Shown here piece after piece: positions 1 to 12,685 of a DNA stretch of 64,000 bases; position 1 is the stretch's first letter; every line of letters starts with the position of its first letter. The notes under the pieces were generated by a model. It saw only the letters and a list, made by a program, of their open reading frames with translations, was not told the origin of the DNA and did no database searches. Source of the stretch: Hydrolagus affinis (Eukaryota); assembly GCA_012026655.1 (NCBI GenBank), contig JAAILG010000011.1:124001-188000 (forward strand). The letters run 5' to 3'. The position numbers were made by a program, and so were the translations under genes.

Positions 1-516
1 GAGCTAATGAAAGATACACAAACAGTACCTGGGGGATTTTATCTTCCAGATTCTATCCTTTCCTGTGGTGAGAGCATCTGGGTTTCCCAACACCGTCAAT
101 CACAGCGGAGATCACACATTGTGCAGTGTTTCATTCCCAAGAGCCCTGTAGCACAGTGCATCAGGATTTACACTAATTATAATGCAAACTCCACCAACAA
201 GTAACAGGAAGAGAGAACATTGCTGAGACAAAATATGCCATTTTTTTTAAACTTGCAATTGATGTATTGAGTTGCTGGATATTCAGGCAATATTTCCACC
301 CTATATCTCAATCCACGACTGTGTGTGGGACAATTGGCTGCCACCCTTCGCCCACAAAATATCCAGTCAATTCACTTTACAGTATATTTTGTGAAGCGCT
401 AAATCAAATGCATAATTATTATGATGTTTGAAATAGCCTTTGTCCTGCTAAAAAAAATGTATTGTTTTGTTGTTGCAGAATTAACAATTTTGCACATGCT
501 TTTTTTTTCTTTCCAG

Positions 517-650
517 CGGATTATATAGTGATGCAGTTTGGCAGGGTGGCTGAAGATGTCTTTACCATGGACTATAACTACCCAATGTGTGCACTGCAAG
601 CATTCGCTATTGCTCTCTCTAGTTTTGATAGTAAACTAGCCTGTGAATAA
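517..650 (+). CDS. TUB: Tubby protein homolog, last coding exon (C-terminus of the Tubby domain)
   Basis: Acceptor ttttctttccag|cg at 516/517; translation [43 protein letters not shown] is the diagnostic Tubby C-terminus; tail-to-tail position next to RIC3 favours TUB over TULP paralogues. Confidence 0.93.
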
Positions 651-3600
651 ATGGGACACTGCCAGTCTTTCCAAGGAAGCAACATTTTCATCAAGGACAA
701 ATCCATCATTTCTGCTTTGACCTAATGACCTTTGACAGGCCATAACTCATCATCGTGCGATTTCCGTTTATTTTCTCTTGTTGAATTATTTATCTGTGGA
801 TATGAGAACACAAGGATACATTGAAAAATACTTGTAATTCTATGGCTTTTTTTTAAAAAAGCATGGCCCGAAAAGTGTTTTTTTTTAATTTGTTTCCCCG
901 ACTGACTTTAAACGGGAGTTTGGAAACAAAATTGTCTTTTGAAAATAAATGAAGAAAAATGTTTTTTTTCTAATAAAAGGTTTTGTATGAAAATGGCAGC
1001 TACAGAACCTGTGGAAATTTGGCCCAGTGATGAAAGCACAGAGATCTCTGCATGCCAGCTCACTCTTTATTTACTACCCTTTGTATCATTGGCGATGTAC
1101 AGTATAAGCAGATGAGAAAGTACTTTCCCCACATGTGCACTATATTCTCTCTGTCATTTCCGTACAATATGCAGCATTATGATACTTCAGTGACTGACAT
1201 TTCCGATACTGATTTAATCAGGCTCTTAAAGGGAATGGGGAAATTCAGTACTTAAAAAGTGTATGTGTGTATATGTGCATGAGTGGAGGGGAGTGGGGAT
1301 GGGAGGTGGGAATGGGTGGGTGGGATGTTGATAATGAAGAGCTATTTTTAAAGTCAAAGGGTTGGATATAAACACTTTGATTTGCTTTTTTTCTAAGTCT
1401 TTTTCTATTGTCACTGAGGGAGTGGGGGCAGGGATGGGTCTGTCTGTGGGGGGGGGGAATTCTAATTGTTCCAACAGATTCATTGCTGTGGGGTAAATGC
1501 CATTCCCATTTACGATCTTTACCAAATTTGTTCCCAGTGCTTCTGAGCATCTGATATGATTTTAATGTCCTAAATAACAAAACATTATAAATGTAAAACT
1601 AAATGATGAAATTCATTGATTATCGGTAAGCACCCCTTACTGAAGTGTATGTACTGAAGTTCATTTTCGCCATTCTTCGCAACTCTATTTATATATATTT
1701 TTTAAAATGTACTTACGGCAAAAATAAGTTTTTAAAAAGCAGTGTTTCGGTTCAGTCGCAAACCTATGAATCTTGAAGCCATTGAAGGTTTCCATTCCTG
1801 TACAATATGGAGCAGTTCTCTATGCACTCAACTCCGATGGTATAGACAAAGTACATTGCCAACTCTGTGAATGGCAGGACATATTGGCATGAACTCAAAG
1901 TAGTCTATTTGTTGAACACGGATCCAAGCTTTCTTGAATCCCGAAATGTTTGGGAATTATTTGATGTTAAGTACAATCCTGTTTCTCGATGTTCAGCACT
2001 AGAGTTTGTGAACTATGTGTAGTGTTAGAATTTACTGAATGTTTGCACTTTTATTGAGGAGGTAACTGCACACAGTTCTTCGTTGGCTGCTTTCACTCGA
2101 GCTTATTATCTCCGAAACAGATTCCCAAACACTGGAATTTTCCAGGGAGCTGTCAGTGGAACGCCCAGCACCAGGTTTATTGGTTGGGAATAAAGCTCTC
2201 ACATGCATTTTGTAAGGGTCATTGTACATTGAATGATGCTTTTTGTGAACTCCTAATAACATTCAGGAGTTTATTTAAATTGAATTAATGGAACGGAATG
2301 AATCTAGTGGCAGCAACAGTAACTGTAACACTTAAACTTCTGTGTCTTAGAAAATAGCTCAGTTTACCCATAGATTCATTGCCAGAGTTTTCAAAAATAT
2401 ACATGAAATCTATTCTTATAAAAGCAGTTTACTTGCATTGAAGTTAATTTCACATCAGTTCATACGTTCTACTGGATACAGTCAGCCTGGTGTTAGGCTC
2501 TGGATGCTAAAGGGGAGGGATTAACTACACTCTTAATACATTTGAAATAGTCACTGCAAATGGACTCAGTCTCATTCTCAGAAGAAAGAGAGATGATTAG
2601 TTGGTTTAGAATTGACTACTTTACACAGAAATGGTGAATCCGTGGAACAGAATACTCAGGGAGGTGGATAGTGTTGACAATGTTACAAGTGTTTAAGATA
2701 TGTTGGTGGCTTAGATTTAGGGGGAAAGGTGATTCTGAAGCTCCGAAGCAACGTTTTCAGTATTAGGAAAAGGGACCAGCCAAGACGGACTGTAATTTTT
2801 TTTAACGTTCTTGTACATTTCTATATTCCTATGTATTCAGAGGGTACAAGTTAGGATCTTGAGGCTGAGGGAATGAGCACATAAAATATGTTGAACCTAT
2901 TTAAGACAAAACCACGCTCTCCATTCAGTGCATCATCCGGTACCCCAGTGTAACATTTAAACTGCTCTTCAAAGCCATTTATGGCCTCTCAGAGTATGAT
3001 TGCGAGTTCATTGTTGTTGCGTATTTAAGTTTAGTTAGTTTTGTCCTGGTAACATGTGGCCTTTAGGTTATGAATGCTCACTTTCCCCTGGGAGCCTTAA
3101 AGCCAGCGGAGGAAACTTTGACCCCTCAGCTAGGATTGTAAACAGGAGACCCAGAATTTACAACAAAGTAAGTGGTTCTACCCCGCCGAGCCCCTCTGCT
3201 TGCAGTAACTTCATCTTTCAAAATCCTTCCTACGTAAATAGCTAATTGCAGCTTCTTTGACTCACTGGTTTACCTGTAATGCTCATTCAGTCTTGTTGTA
3301 TAGAAATAGTGGAAGAGAAAAATCCCAAGATGAGACATTATGGTATCCAAACTCAACCTGTTATCTATCACGTTTGTTTTTTCTTTTGCTTGTAACTGGC
3401 CCACCTTCACCATCTGCACAAAATCAAAAACCAAGGCAACAATATACTGGTTTAGATTGTGACTCAGACTGATGGTCTCATTTGCACAGTGAAAAAATAT
3501 ATATTTGTGGCAGGGGGGAAATTTTAATAAATAATAATTATTTATGGCCTTTCTAAAGAGTTGGAATAGAGAAATCTGATGTTAAATATTTTAGTATGAA

Positions 3601-3920
3601 ACGTGACTACGTTGAGAAGGGGTGTTAACCCCTTCGTGGTCATGCTGCAAATCTCACAAGCTTTGGTTGGTTGGCTTTGTTTAGGAAGGTGTTGGTGTCA
3701 ATTAAAAAAAACATGAATGTCTGTTTTGCATGTGCAGCTTATGCACAGAACGACATGCGCTGCTACCTGCTAACATGCATGGCATGTTTACTGCTGTATT
3801 CACTGTTTATTTTTCATATGTGGAGACCATGTATTTCAACTGTTTTACTTTGTGTTGTAAATATTAAATGATGGTTCTGATTGATGTACACCAATAAATC
3901 TAAATGATATGAGTGTATGA
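651..3920 (+). other. TUB: Probable long TUB 3'UTR with alternative polyA signals
   Basis: U-rich sequence after the stop codon; AATAAA at 944-949, 972-977 and 3893-3898. The true end is not determinable from sequence. Confidence 0.45.
2570..2835 (+). mobile_element. Degraded CR1-like 3' fragment inside the TUB 3'UTR
   Basis: ctttacacagaaatggtgaatccgtggaacag resembles the FTQRVV..WN motif. Confidence 0.5.
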
Positions 3921-5169
3921 TAACTGTGTATATTGAGACAGCTCTACAGTATAGTGCAATCCATATAAATGAATGCCCTCACTGGAGGGTAGGACTCCTG
4001 CTTTGCCACATGAGAGAGTGTAACACAGTTTAGTTGCACTGTGGGTTATAACACGCAGCCCAAATTCAAAACAGCAACGAAATACAAGAAAATTACATTT
4101 ATAGAGCACCTTTCATGTCAGGAGGATGTCCCAAGGCGCTGAAAAGTTCGCTGACCAAATACAAAGTCACAACAGTTTACAGAAAATCCTGCAGAGCACT
4201 TTGAGAATATCGATGTGAAAGACGTTACATCAAATGCAGAATTTTGTTTTTAAAAAAATTACAGATTAAAAGTATTGATTATCAATATTCCTTATCTGTT
4301 TGTGGAATATGAAGCATGCTAATAACAGTATCATGGGATTTGGCTCGGAAGAGAATGCTAAGCCTGGGGTTTTGGGGGAGCTGGCTTCATGTCAGAAAAC
4401 ATTAATTCAAGAGTGGATTTGTTTTACTGTGCATGTTAACTTTAGCTGTCTTGCTGCCTGGCTTAGTATCTGCCCTCAAACCAATCCTTCTAAAAGTCTT
4501 GAAATAAACCAAGAGTTAGGTGTGATTAAAGAAATATTATGTCCAATTGTATCACTAGTCTCTTAAGTCGTGCCTTTTTTAAAGGGATGCCGATTGTTAT
4601 TACAGTACCTCCATTTGGAAACACAAATCCATGTTCGTGACTGGCGATTTCACAGCCAAACGCTGGAGCGATTCATTGCAGTGAAGTTAAAAAATATATT
4701 TATGCTAAATGGTTTCACAATTGTTCAAACTTTCAAAAAGATACTGCTTAATACGGAGAGATGATTTCATTTCCAGTCAGAGGAGATACCCACGATACAA
4801 GAGTTTCTCTGCACAATGAGTTGCTGTCTCGATTGAGTGAGTGTCACATGCAGAAAAAATGCATAGCTGATGGGAGGGAGGCAATGTTTGCATTACTGTA
4901 TCCCGGCTGCAGTGACAGGTAATCATTGCAAGAACCTCGATGATCAATCCTCTTAACTACTGCTCAGGTGAGTGCAGGAAAGAACATTCAGCTGACGGGA
5001 GAGTGAGTGACGATTAATAAACTCCCCTTTTTGGGGGGGGTCAACCAAATGTCTACACGTGCGGAAACCCATTATCATGCTTAAGAGTATCCTTATTAGC
5101 TGACCACATAACTCGGCATTGATATTGCCTTCCTGCTTTGTTCCACACATCCATGCCATGACCTCCTGT

Positions 5170-5773
5170 GCCTTCCCTCACATTCCAACTTTGCCCGACT
5201 CCACCACTATCTCACGTGCATGCCTTCATCACGTCTAGGTTCGACTATGCTAATGCTCTGTTTGTCAGCACCTCCAGTTCCTCCCTCCATAGACTGCAGA
5301 TCATCCAGAACTCTGCAGCCTGTGTCTTCTCCCGCACCAAGCTCCGTGACTCTATCTCCACCCTACTCGTCCAACTCCACTGGCTTCCTATCACTCAGAG
5401 GATTCAAGATCCTGGTCCTCACCGTTAAAGCCACCCACCTCTGCGACCTACAACCCCCCTTTTAAACTGTACGCTCCCTCAGGTCAGCAGGCTCTGACCT
5501 GTTCAAAATCCTCCGCCCCACCATCGGCGGGCGAACCTTCAGCCACTCTATTCCTAACCTTTGGAATTCCATCCCACAATCCCTCCACCTCACCCCCTCC
5601 CTAGACTCCTTCAAGTCCTGCCTCAAGATCCTCCTCTTCGACTGTGCCATCAGTCACCCCGCCCTTCCCTCCACCCTCCCTGATCCCGAACCCAGCTCGG
5701 GTCTGAAACACTGACAGTCCATCCTCCCGATGTGAAAGGCGCAATACAAATGTAATTTTATGGTTGTTGTTGT
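5170..5773 (+). mobile_element. L2-clade LINE 3' fragment
   Basis: Frameshifted VHAFITSRFDYANAL...LQIIQNSAA...LHWLPI..RI/FKIL (L2 ORF2 C-terminus) plus tail tgtgaaaggcgcaatacaaatg(ttg)n. Confidence 0.85.
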
Positions 5774-8104
5774 CCAGCTAAGACCACCTTACCAGTTCGG
5801 GCTTTGGCTTACAGGGGTAACAAGAGCAAAGTGGGATGACTCCCTGCCTCCAATGACTGGTCTGTCCTTCCAGGTTCTGGTCTGCCCTTCCAGGTCCTGC
5901 TGATGAGTCAGGCTGTCTGTGCTGTCATCAGCAGTGCCCCAGAATACTGCGGACCTGCCTGGTTCAGGAACCCAACTGGAGACTACCATAGAAGGCTGGC
6001 TCGATTGAGACATCCTATAGCTCGGCATAACTCTCCTCTGTAGCACGAGGAGGGGGAGGAATAAACCCTTGAATGGCTTTGTTCAAATCTTAAATTAATC
6101 TAAAAATATCTCATCAGATTGAATGAAGAATGATCGACCACATATTTGAAGTTAAAGGGTGTTTTCCCAAGGCGGTTGTCCCAAGAGCAAAGGGAAATGC
6201 ATTCACGAGCACACTGCAACTAACATATTAAATTGCTCCAAACTAAGAGGCTCCTGTTCCAGGATTTACTTACAACTTGAGTAAGTGCTTTTTCCCTGGT
6301 GGCTGTTTTCACTGTGATTAGATGTGGACCAGGTGTCCTCTTCTCGTTGCAATTAACCTTCCCACTGAAAGGCTGAACTAGATAGCATGGAAGCCAAGGC
6401 AGAATTCATTTGCACATTGTGTGATGCTGGGAATTCAAGAGTCATTCTGAATCCATTAAAACAGTCTACCCTGACAGACTAACCTAATTACTGCACAACC
6501 TATGTAGAATTGACAGTTATTCAAGTAACAAAGAGTTGTGAGGGGCATAACCTTTTGCACAAAGTGAAAGCTACACATGAGAGCTGGTAAGTCAGTAATG
6601 TATTGCTTTACTTTAGGAACAACTGAATTTGCCTCCAGTCTGAATATTTGCATCACTGATCGATGGCTACTGATGCCTAGCATGTGTTTACCGATGTACA
6701 GGTTTTTCTCCAGCAGAAGGTTGAGCTGGGGCCAATCAGTGAAAGTTACTGAGCATAATTTCACCTCATCAGCCTTTGTTGGTTGGGTAGACACTGTTTT
6801 GCCCTGAGAGGATAGGTTTCCTACTTTTGGGATCAATAGCAAAATTTCCCAAAGCACACACTCGTGTATCCGATTGTTCTGCACAAGGAGATATTTGTAC
6901 TCGCGTTGAGTTTGCACAGGATGGATGGAGTATTGTATACCTCCATATGAAGGATGAATTTCAGTAAGGATGGGAAATACTAATGAGTTATGGCCTCAAA
7001 TTGCATTTTGAAAGGTGAGATTCTGAACGCTACCTAAGATAATGATATGCTGATATCATTCACCTTAAATCCAGTCAAATCACTTAAAAGTGAAAGCATT
7101 TGGTCTACCCGCCTTAACAAATGCTTAACCCGTAAATTAAATGTATTGGGAACATTTCAATAATTTGACTGCAAAAACGTTCCTGTTTTAAATGAAGAAC
7201 AAGATGTACATTCTAATGACATGTGGAAAGCTAATCTCTCATATTTGGAAAGACATATGAAACAAATCTGTTCTGATTGAATGGTTTGGAAAGAAATGAT
7301 TGGATGGATTAATTGTCCTCTGAATACCCGAGGTAGAGCTTCGAAAGATTGACTCTTGCTTGTTTTCAGTGCTGAAATCATATTATGTGTTTGCAATGGA
7401 GCATTTTATGGGCAGATTAACGAGTTTGTGTTCATTGTCGGCTTATAATTGGAAACTCTTGTCAGTGCGCTTTGCTGAACTTCATCACCCACAACATGGG
7501 CATTTAGTTGCTACAGATAATGAAATGTGCAACTAGATCTGAAAACGCTGAATTTTGCAAAAGTAATAGAAAATCGAGGGACATGATTTCTCCATGAGGC
7601 AATATTTATTATCTCTGGCAATCTTTATATCAATGCAATGAAGGATTGCAAAGATGCTTTTTAAATCAAATGCCAGAACAATAAACAGTGTTTAAGATTT
7701 CCAAGAAAGAATAAGCAATGGGGTTTGAATTTGGAATGTTAGCAACAGAATATTACAGCACAGAAGGAAGCTGTTTGACACATCGTGTCTGTACTGGCCC
7801 TTTAAAAATTAAGTTAGATCCCTTTATACCTTGGGGACTTCATGTGATGATCTAAAATGTCCAATACAATAGAAAATTAGATTTGTATAGCACTTTTCAA
7901 TGATTCGAGGATGCCAGACCCGGTTTAAGCACTCGTCTTTGCATGGTAACTTTCAAAAAGAAAATAATTTATTGGATAAGCCTGTACCTTATGAGAAAGC
8001 TATTGAGTTCAAATATTTAGCTTCTCAGTGCAACGTGAGGCAATAGAGTGAAATGGGCCCAAAAGGAATGGTCAGTGCACTTCGTAGATGAAAGAATGCA
8101 AAAA

Positions 8105-10333
8105 GCAAACATTCTTTGCCATTCTTTATTCAAAAATAAATACACATAGGATTAAATAACAGTCAGAGATGGTGACTAACAAACAGACCAGTGACTTCCA
8201 TTGGATTGGGTGCTGTGTAATGTGCAGCAAAAGGCAGTCAAGCTGAGCTAACATGGTGTCCCCTCAAAAGGGGATGGTGGGATTATTTTTTCTCTAATTT
8301 GTATTTCAAGGGGTGAAGCACAAAGCCAGAACGCCATGATCAAGGTGGGGAGAAGTCTCCCGTGGGAAGTCAGTGATGGTGCTTTAGTTGGAAAGTGACA
8401 TCCAGTTAAAAGAAGCACTCCCAGAAGATCCAACAATGGCCTGGGCTTGACTTTGCTCTTATTAACCACCTCCTGCTGTTACTATATGGGAGGATTGGGA
8501 GCTGAAGGGAAATAGCTCTGCCGTGGCCTGACACTAGCCACTGAAGACTCCTCAAAAGACATTGGTGTTTACAACGCAAAATTATGATGCCTTCTCCTAT
8601 GATAATGCAAAATACTGTTGCACCAGTTTGAATTGCTTTCATTTTCATGCATGAAAGGGAATGGGAAGTGAGGGTAGGTATGGTGGTGTACAGGGGTAGC
8701 ATTGGGATTGTAGAGCAAGGAAAGTTACAGGTAAATAATGGAGATGTAGAAATGGATACATTTTCTTTTTTTAAAAATTTGATTTACCATTGAAGCAAAT
8801 GCATCTGTCATGTCTGTGTTAAGGGGTGTTTTGGATAGTGGTGGAAGGAACAAGCGGGCAAAAATAGGCTTTTCTTATATCATGTCTATGTTCACTGTAT
8901 AGTTCAGATCTGCATACAGACATCAGTAGCTGCATAATGAACTGTAGCCAGTTGTTGCTGAGTTTCTGAGACCTTGGGTGAAAAACAAAATGAGCTGCAT
9001 TGAGCTTGCTCTACAATACTGCCTAAACAGAAGCATATGCTAGTTAGCCGTTTATAGGAAGCATGAATAATATCCTTGACAAACATCGCACTGTATGCCC
9101 AAGTTTTACTTAGACGAGCAGCTTGTGACATCTTCTTGACAATCAGGCTTCCCAACGATGCCATGCAATAGATGGCTAAACAGATCCTGACAGAGCAAAA
9201 GTAGTGAAAAAACCTCTTCTGTATCCCTCTGTCCAAACCTATTTTGCTATGGAAACTAGCTGAGTTTGCCTTGATACAAATTGAAGCAGGTAAGACGCTG
9301 GTGGAATGATTCATGCTGTGGCTGCCACGCTGTGGAAAGATAACCATGGCCTACATGCAGCTGAAGTTCATGATAACAATGATGGATCTCTGCTGGTAAA
9401 AAGTGAAGGAATCTGCAGTCTCATATGTATTATCGGCAAAGAACCTGTGTGGGGCAGTCTGCCCTAGAAAAAGGTTAGCTCTTGCTGTCATTTTTGAAAA
9501 TAAAACCACTGAGAGACTTCCTAGTCATTCTTTCAATCGCTTCAATTTGAGTGGTAACTAGCCAATGTGGTCAACTCATTATTCAGGTCACTTCTGCCAC
9601 TCTACTCGTTTTCTATTATATCTTCTGTGTACCACGACTCGCTAAGATACTGTGGATAACTCACTTCCCAGCCAATGAACATTAAAATCTTGGACTCACC
9701 ACCTGTCTGCACTCACTTATTAGCTGCAGGTAACATGCATTAACTGAGCAAACACAGACCATTTATACAATGTGTATCCGTGAGTATCCGTGAATACTGT
9801 CAGCATTCATCCAGAAACCACTTAATTACTGCTAGGGGTTATTACTGTACCTGTAAATGTGTAGGATAAAACTCTGGGCTCTTAAGGGTAGGTGAACCCA
9901 CCTAGCTTCATGATTAATTGTATTAATTTGTAAAAATGACAAATTGCTTATTTCTGGTTTAGCTTTGTGACATGGCCTGAACCACTTTAATAACTGTGTG
10001 ATTCATCACAATAATGTCTTATCAACATAAGGGAAATTGTACATACGTTTGTAAATAGAACCTGTTAGTTTTTAAACTGTTTGGATAAATATTTGCATAT
10101 AATTATGTACATTGTGTTCCTTTCAATTGGAATTATTCCAAACTTTGAAGGGGAACTAATGGGAGGGTCGGCAGCTCCAAGAACAAAAGGTATGTATGGA
10201 GTGGGATGTATTGTTAAAAGTAAATGAAGTGAAATATTGTCCCTTAGTGTATTGGTTAGAGCACTCGTCTTGCAAGCAAATGCAAGGATTATTACTTAAA
10301 AGGATACTGTCTAGTGGTGGACCTTCTGTTCAG
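8105..10333 (-). other. RIC3: Probable RIC3 3'UTR
   Basis: Repeat-poor sequence downstream of the stop; minus-strand AATAAA at 8125-8130 (others at ~7605 and ~7968). Confidence 0.35.
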
Positions 10334-10797
10334 TTACTCCATCACCTTCTTGTTGCGTTTTCGGAGCCTATCTGTACCTTTCACAATATTTTGCTGCTTG
10401 CCACAAAAGAGATCCGCACTGGATGCTTCCTGGGCTTTATCGCTGCAGTCCCCGAGACTGAGATCAGTGTTCTCCATTTGATCCACATCCTCACTGACTT
10501 GGTTGAAGTCTTGATAGTCTCCACTTTGGGATTCTTCAACTAGACAATTGTTCTCATCACACTGAATCACATCTCTCTGCTCTCCGAGCCTCAGTGCATC
10601 TCCTTCCTTCTGCCCCATCGCTTGATCTTCCCTCTCTTTAGTTTGCTTTGTCACTGTTTCATTGGAAAAGCCTTCAGTAGTTTCTGCTTCCACTTGCTCT
10701 TCCAAATTCTCTGCAGAGCACTGGTCAGGCTCTGAGGAATTCTGCTGGCATCTGCATTTGGACATGCCATAAGTATGGTCCACTTCCTCAGGATATT
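10334..10797 (-). CDS. RIC3: RIC3 coding exon 6 (acidic C-terminal region)
   Basis: ttttctaag| (E)YPEEVDHTYG...LRKRNKKVME*; all six exons join in frame to 1101 nt / 366 aa; ends in the conserved LRKRN motif. Confidence 0.88.
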
Positions 10798-11499
10798 CTT
10801 AGAAAAAGGAAGGGAAACGTATAACTAGTTTGCGTTTTTTTTAGGAAAAAAATCTGCTCGACAGACTATTTGCATCAGATCAGCAAAACTACTTTTGAAC
10901 CCTTGACCATGCAATAGAGATGGATTTAGTACCGGAAGTGAACTGGGAAGTTGCGGGTCTATTGAGGGAAATATCTGGGCTGATATTCCAGTGTAGGTAC
11001 TGGGGAAGACTTCCTTATCTGCCTGTGCAGATAGACATAAAAGATGTCCATGACGTTATTTAAGGAGAGCAGGGAATTTCTTCGGTGTGTTGACTAGCAA
11101 TCCAGCTTAATTGGTCATTCATCTCAAGGCTGTTTGTGGGACATTGCTAGCCCAAAAAGATATTCAGATTTGCTGACAATAAACAATTGCTTCACTGACC
11201 GTAATTACAAACTGGGTCAGATAATGACATCTGGTGGTGAGGTATTGACATTACATCAACTAGTTGCAGGAAATTGGGCAAGTTGGAGATTGCTGTTCCC
11301 ATTGTATTTTGCTTGAAGTTGTTACTTAACATTGTTCCAACAGCACTCCAGGCAAAATTGCCAATGGCGTTTAGTATTATTTACTGTGCTAGTTATAATA
11401 CCGATGCATTTAAAATCAGCTTTCTTTTCTCTCCCCCCCACTCAAAAAAGTTAATAAAAATAACCTTTGTATACTATCAATACTTAAATTTATCTTTAC

Positions 11500-11645
11500 C
11501 TTCCCAGTCCTCCATATACGGGTCTTCCTCTGCCTCCGTTTCAGGACAAAAGCCGTCAATCAGCTTCCCTTCTTTCATGATCCTTGTGATTTCCTTTAGC
11601 TGTTGCAGAAGCTTCTGTTCCTGCTCTGTGGTAACATTAGTCATC
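11500..11645 (-). CDS. RIC3: RIC3 coding exon 5
   Basis: tcttgcag| MTNVTTEQEQKLLQQLKEITRIMKEGKLIDGFCPETEAEEDPYMEDWE |gtaaag; 146 nt, phase 2 to 1. Confidence 0.93.
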
Positions 11646-12685
11646 CTGCAAGACAAACCCCCAAACAAGACGGAATTCCATCAACCAGCAACAGTCAGCA
11701 GCACTTACTATGAGATGGACATATTGTGATTGTTATTTTGAACAAATATTAGTCTATAGGTGCAGCTTATTGCAGCGCCTTTCATGTTCTTCGTGTCATT
11801 CACTCATGATATCTTCATTTCAACTACCCGGAGGTTTACTGCATTATGAGGCAGGCAGCTGCTGTGCCAGCTGAGACTCTACCCAATGTGATGCTATATA
11901 AATACAAGTTATATTAACATGGTAGAATTCAATTCTTTTGTGCGTTTGTGTGTGTGTGTGAGCGCATGGGGTGTATATTATTACTAATCATTTTTATTGT
12001 ACTGTATATCATTTTAAAAATGTATTCACTGTGAAAAGGAAGTGAGAATGATACCTGTGAAGAATTCAAGAATAAATCCAATGGGCTGGTGCTCTTTCAG
12101 TTTGCTTCAATAGTGAGTATATCACTATTTTATCATTTTTATTTTAAGAACGTACAGAAATGCCCCACGAGGTACTAAGACTGTAAACGAGATGGACATT
12201 CTATCTGCTGGTTGAACAAGGCAAGTTATTGTACACGGATCCAGATCTGTATTGTGGCACCAGGCAGTGAGTAACCCAATGCTTGTACCTTTTTCAGGAA
12301 TAAATGAAAGGTCGGTCTGTGGGGAAACGAATGTTGTTCTGAAAATATCAGAAGCAAAAATGCTTTCTTTGTCAGAGTCACACGGAGAGCAAGCAAAACA
12401 AGGAACTTGCCCAAGGCCATAAGGTAGAGGGATGAGGGGAATGGTTGATGCCAGCTGTTCACACTAAAAACCCTACAGAACAATCTGTGCTAATTATTGT
12501 GCATTTACATTAAAATTGGTAGGACTTTTACAGAAGACCAAATGAGAGAAAACCATTAATAGGGTAAAATCCTACCATAGCGTGTATAAAGGTGGCTCTC
12601 CTCATGCACAATGTCTGTCTGCACCTCTGATACTAACAATGCTGTGTAGCTCTGGAGCCAGTAGTACAGATTTGTTAGTGGTGAT

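Noticed and set aside
6456-6917. 153-aa minus-strand ORF and overlapping plus-strand ORF between TUB and RIC3
   Set aside because: No recognisable domain or convincing splice context; likely chance ORFs.
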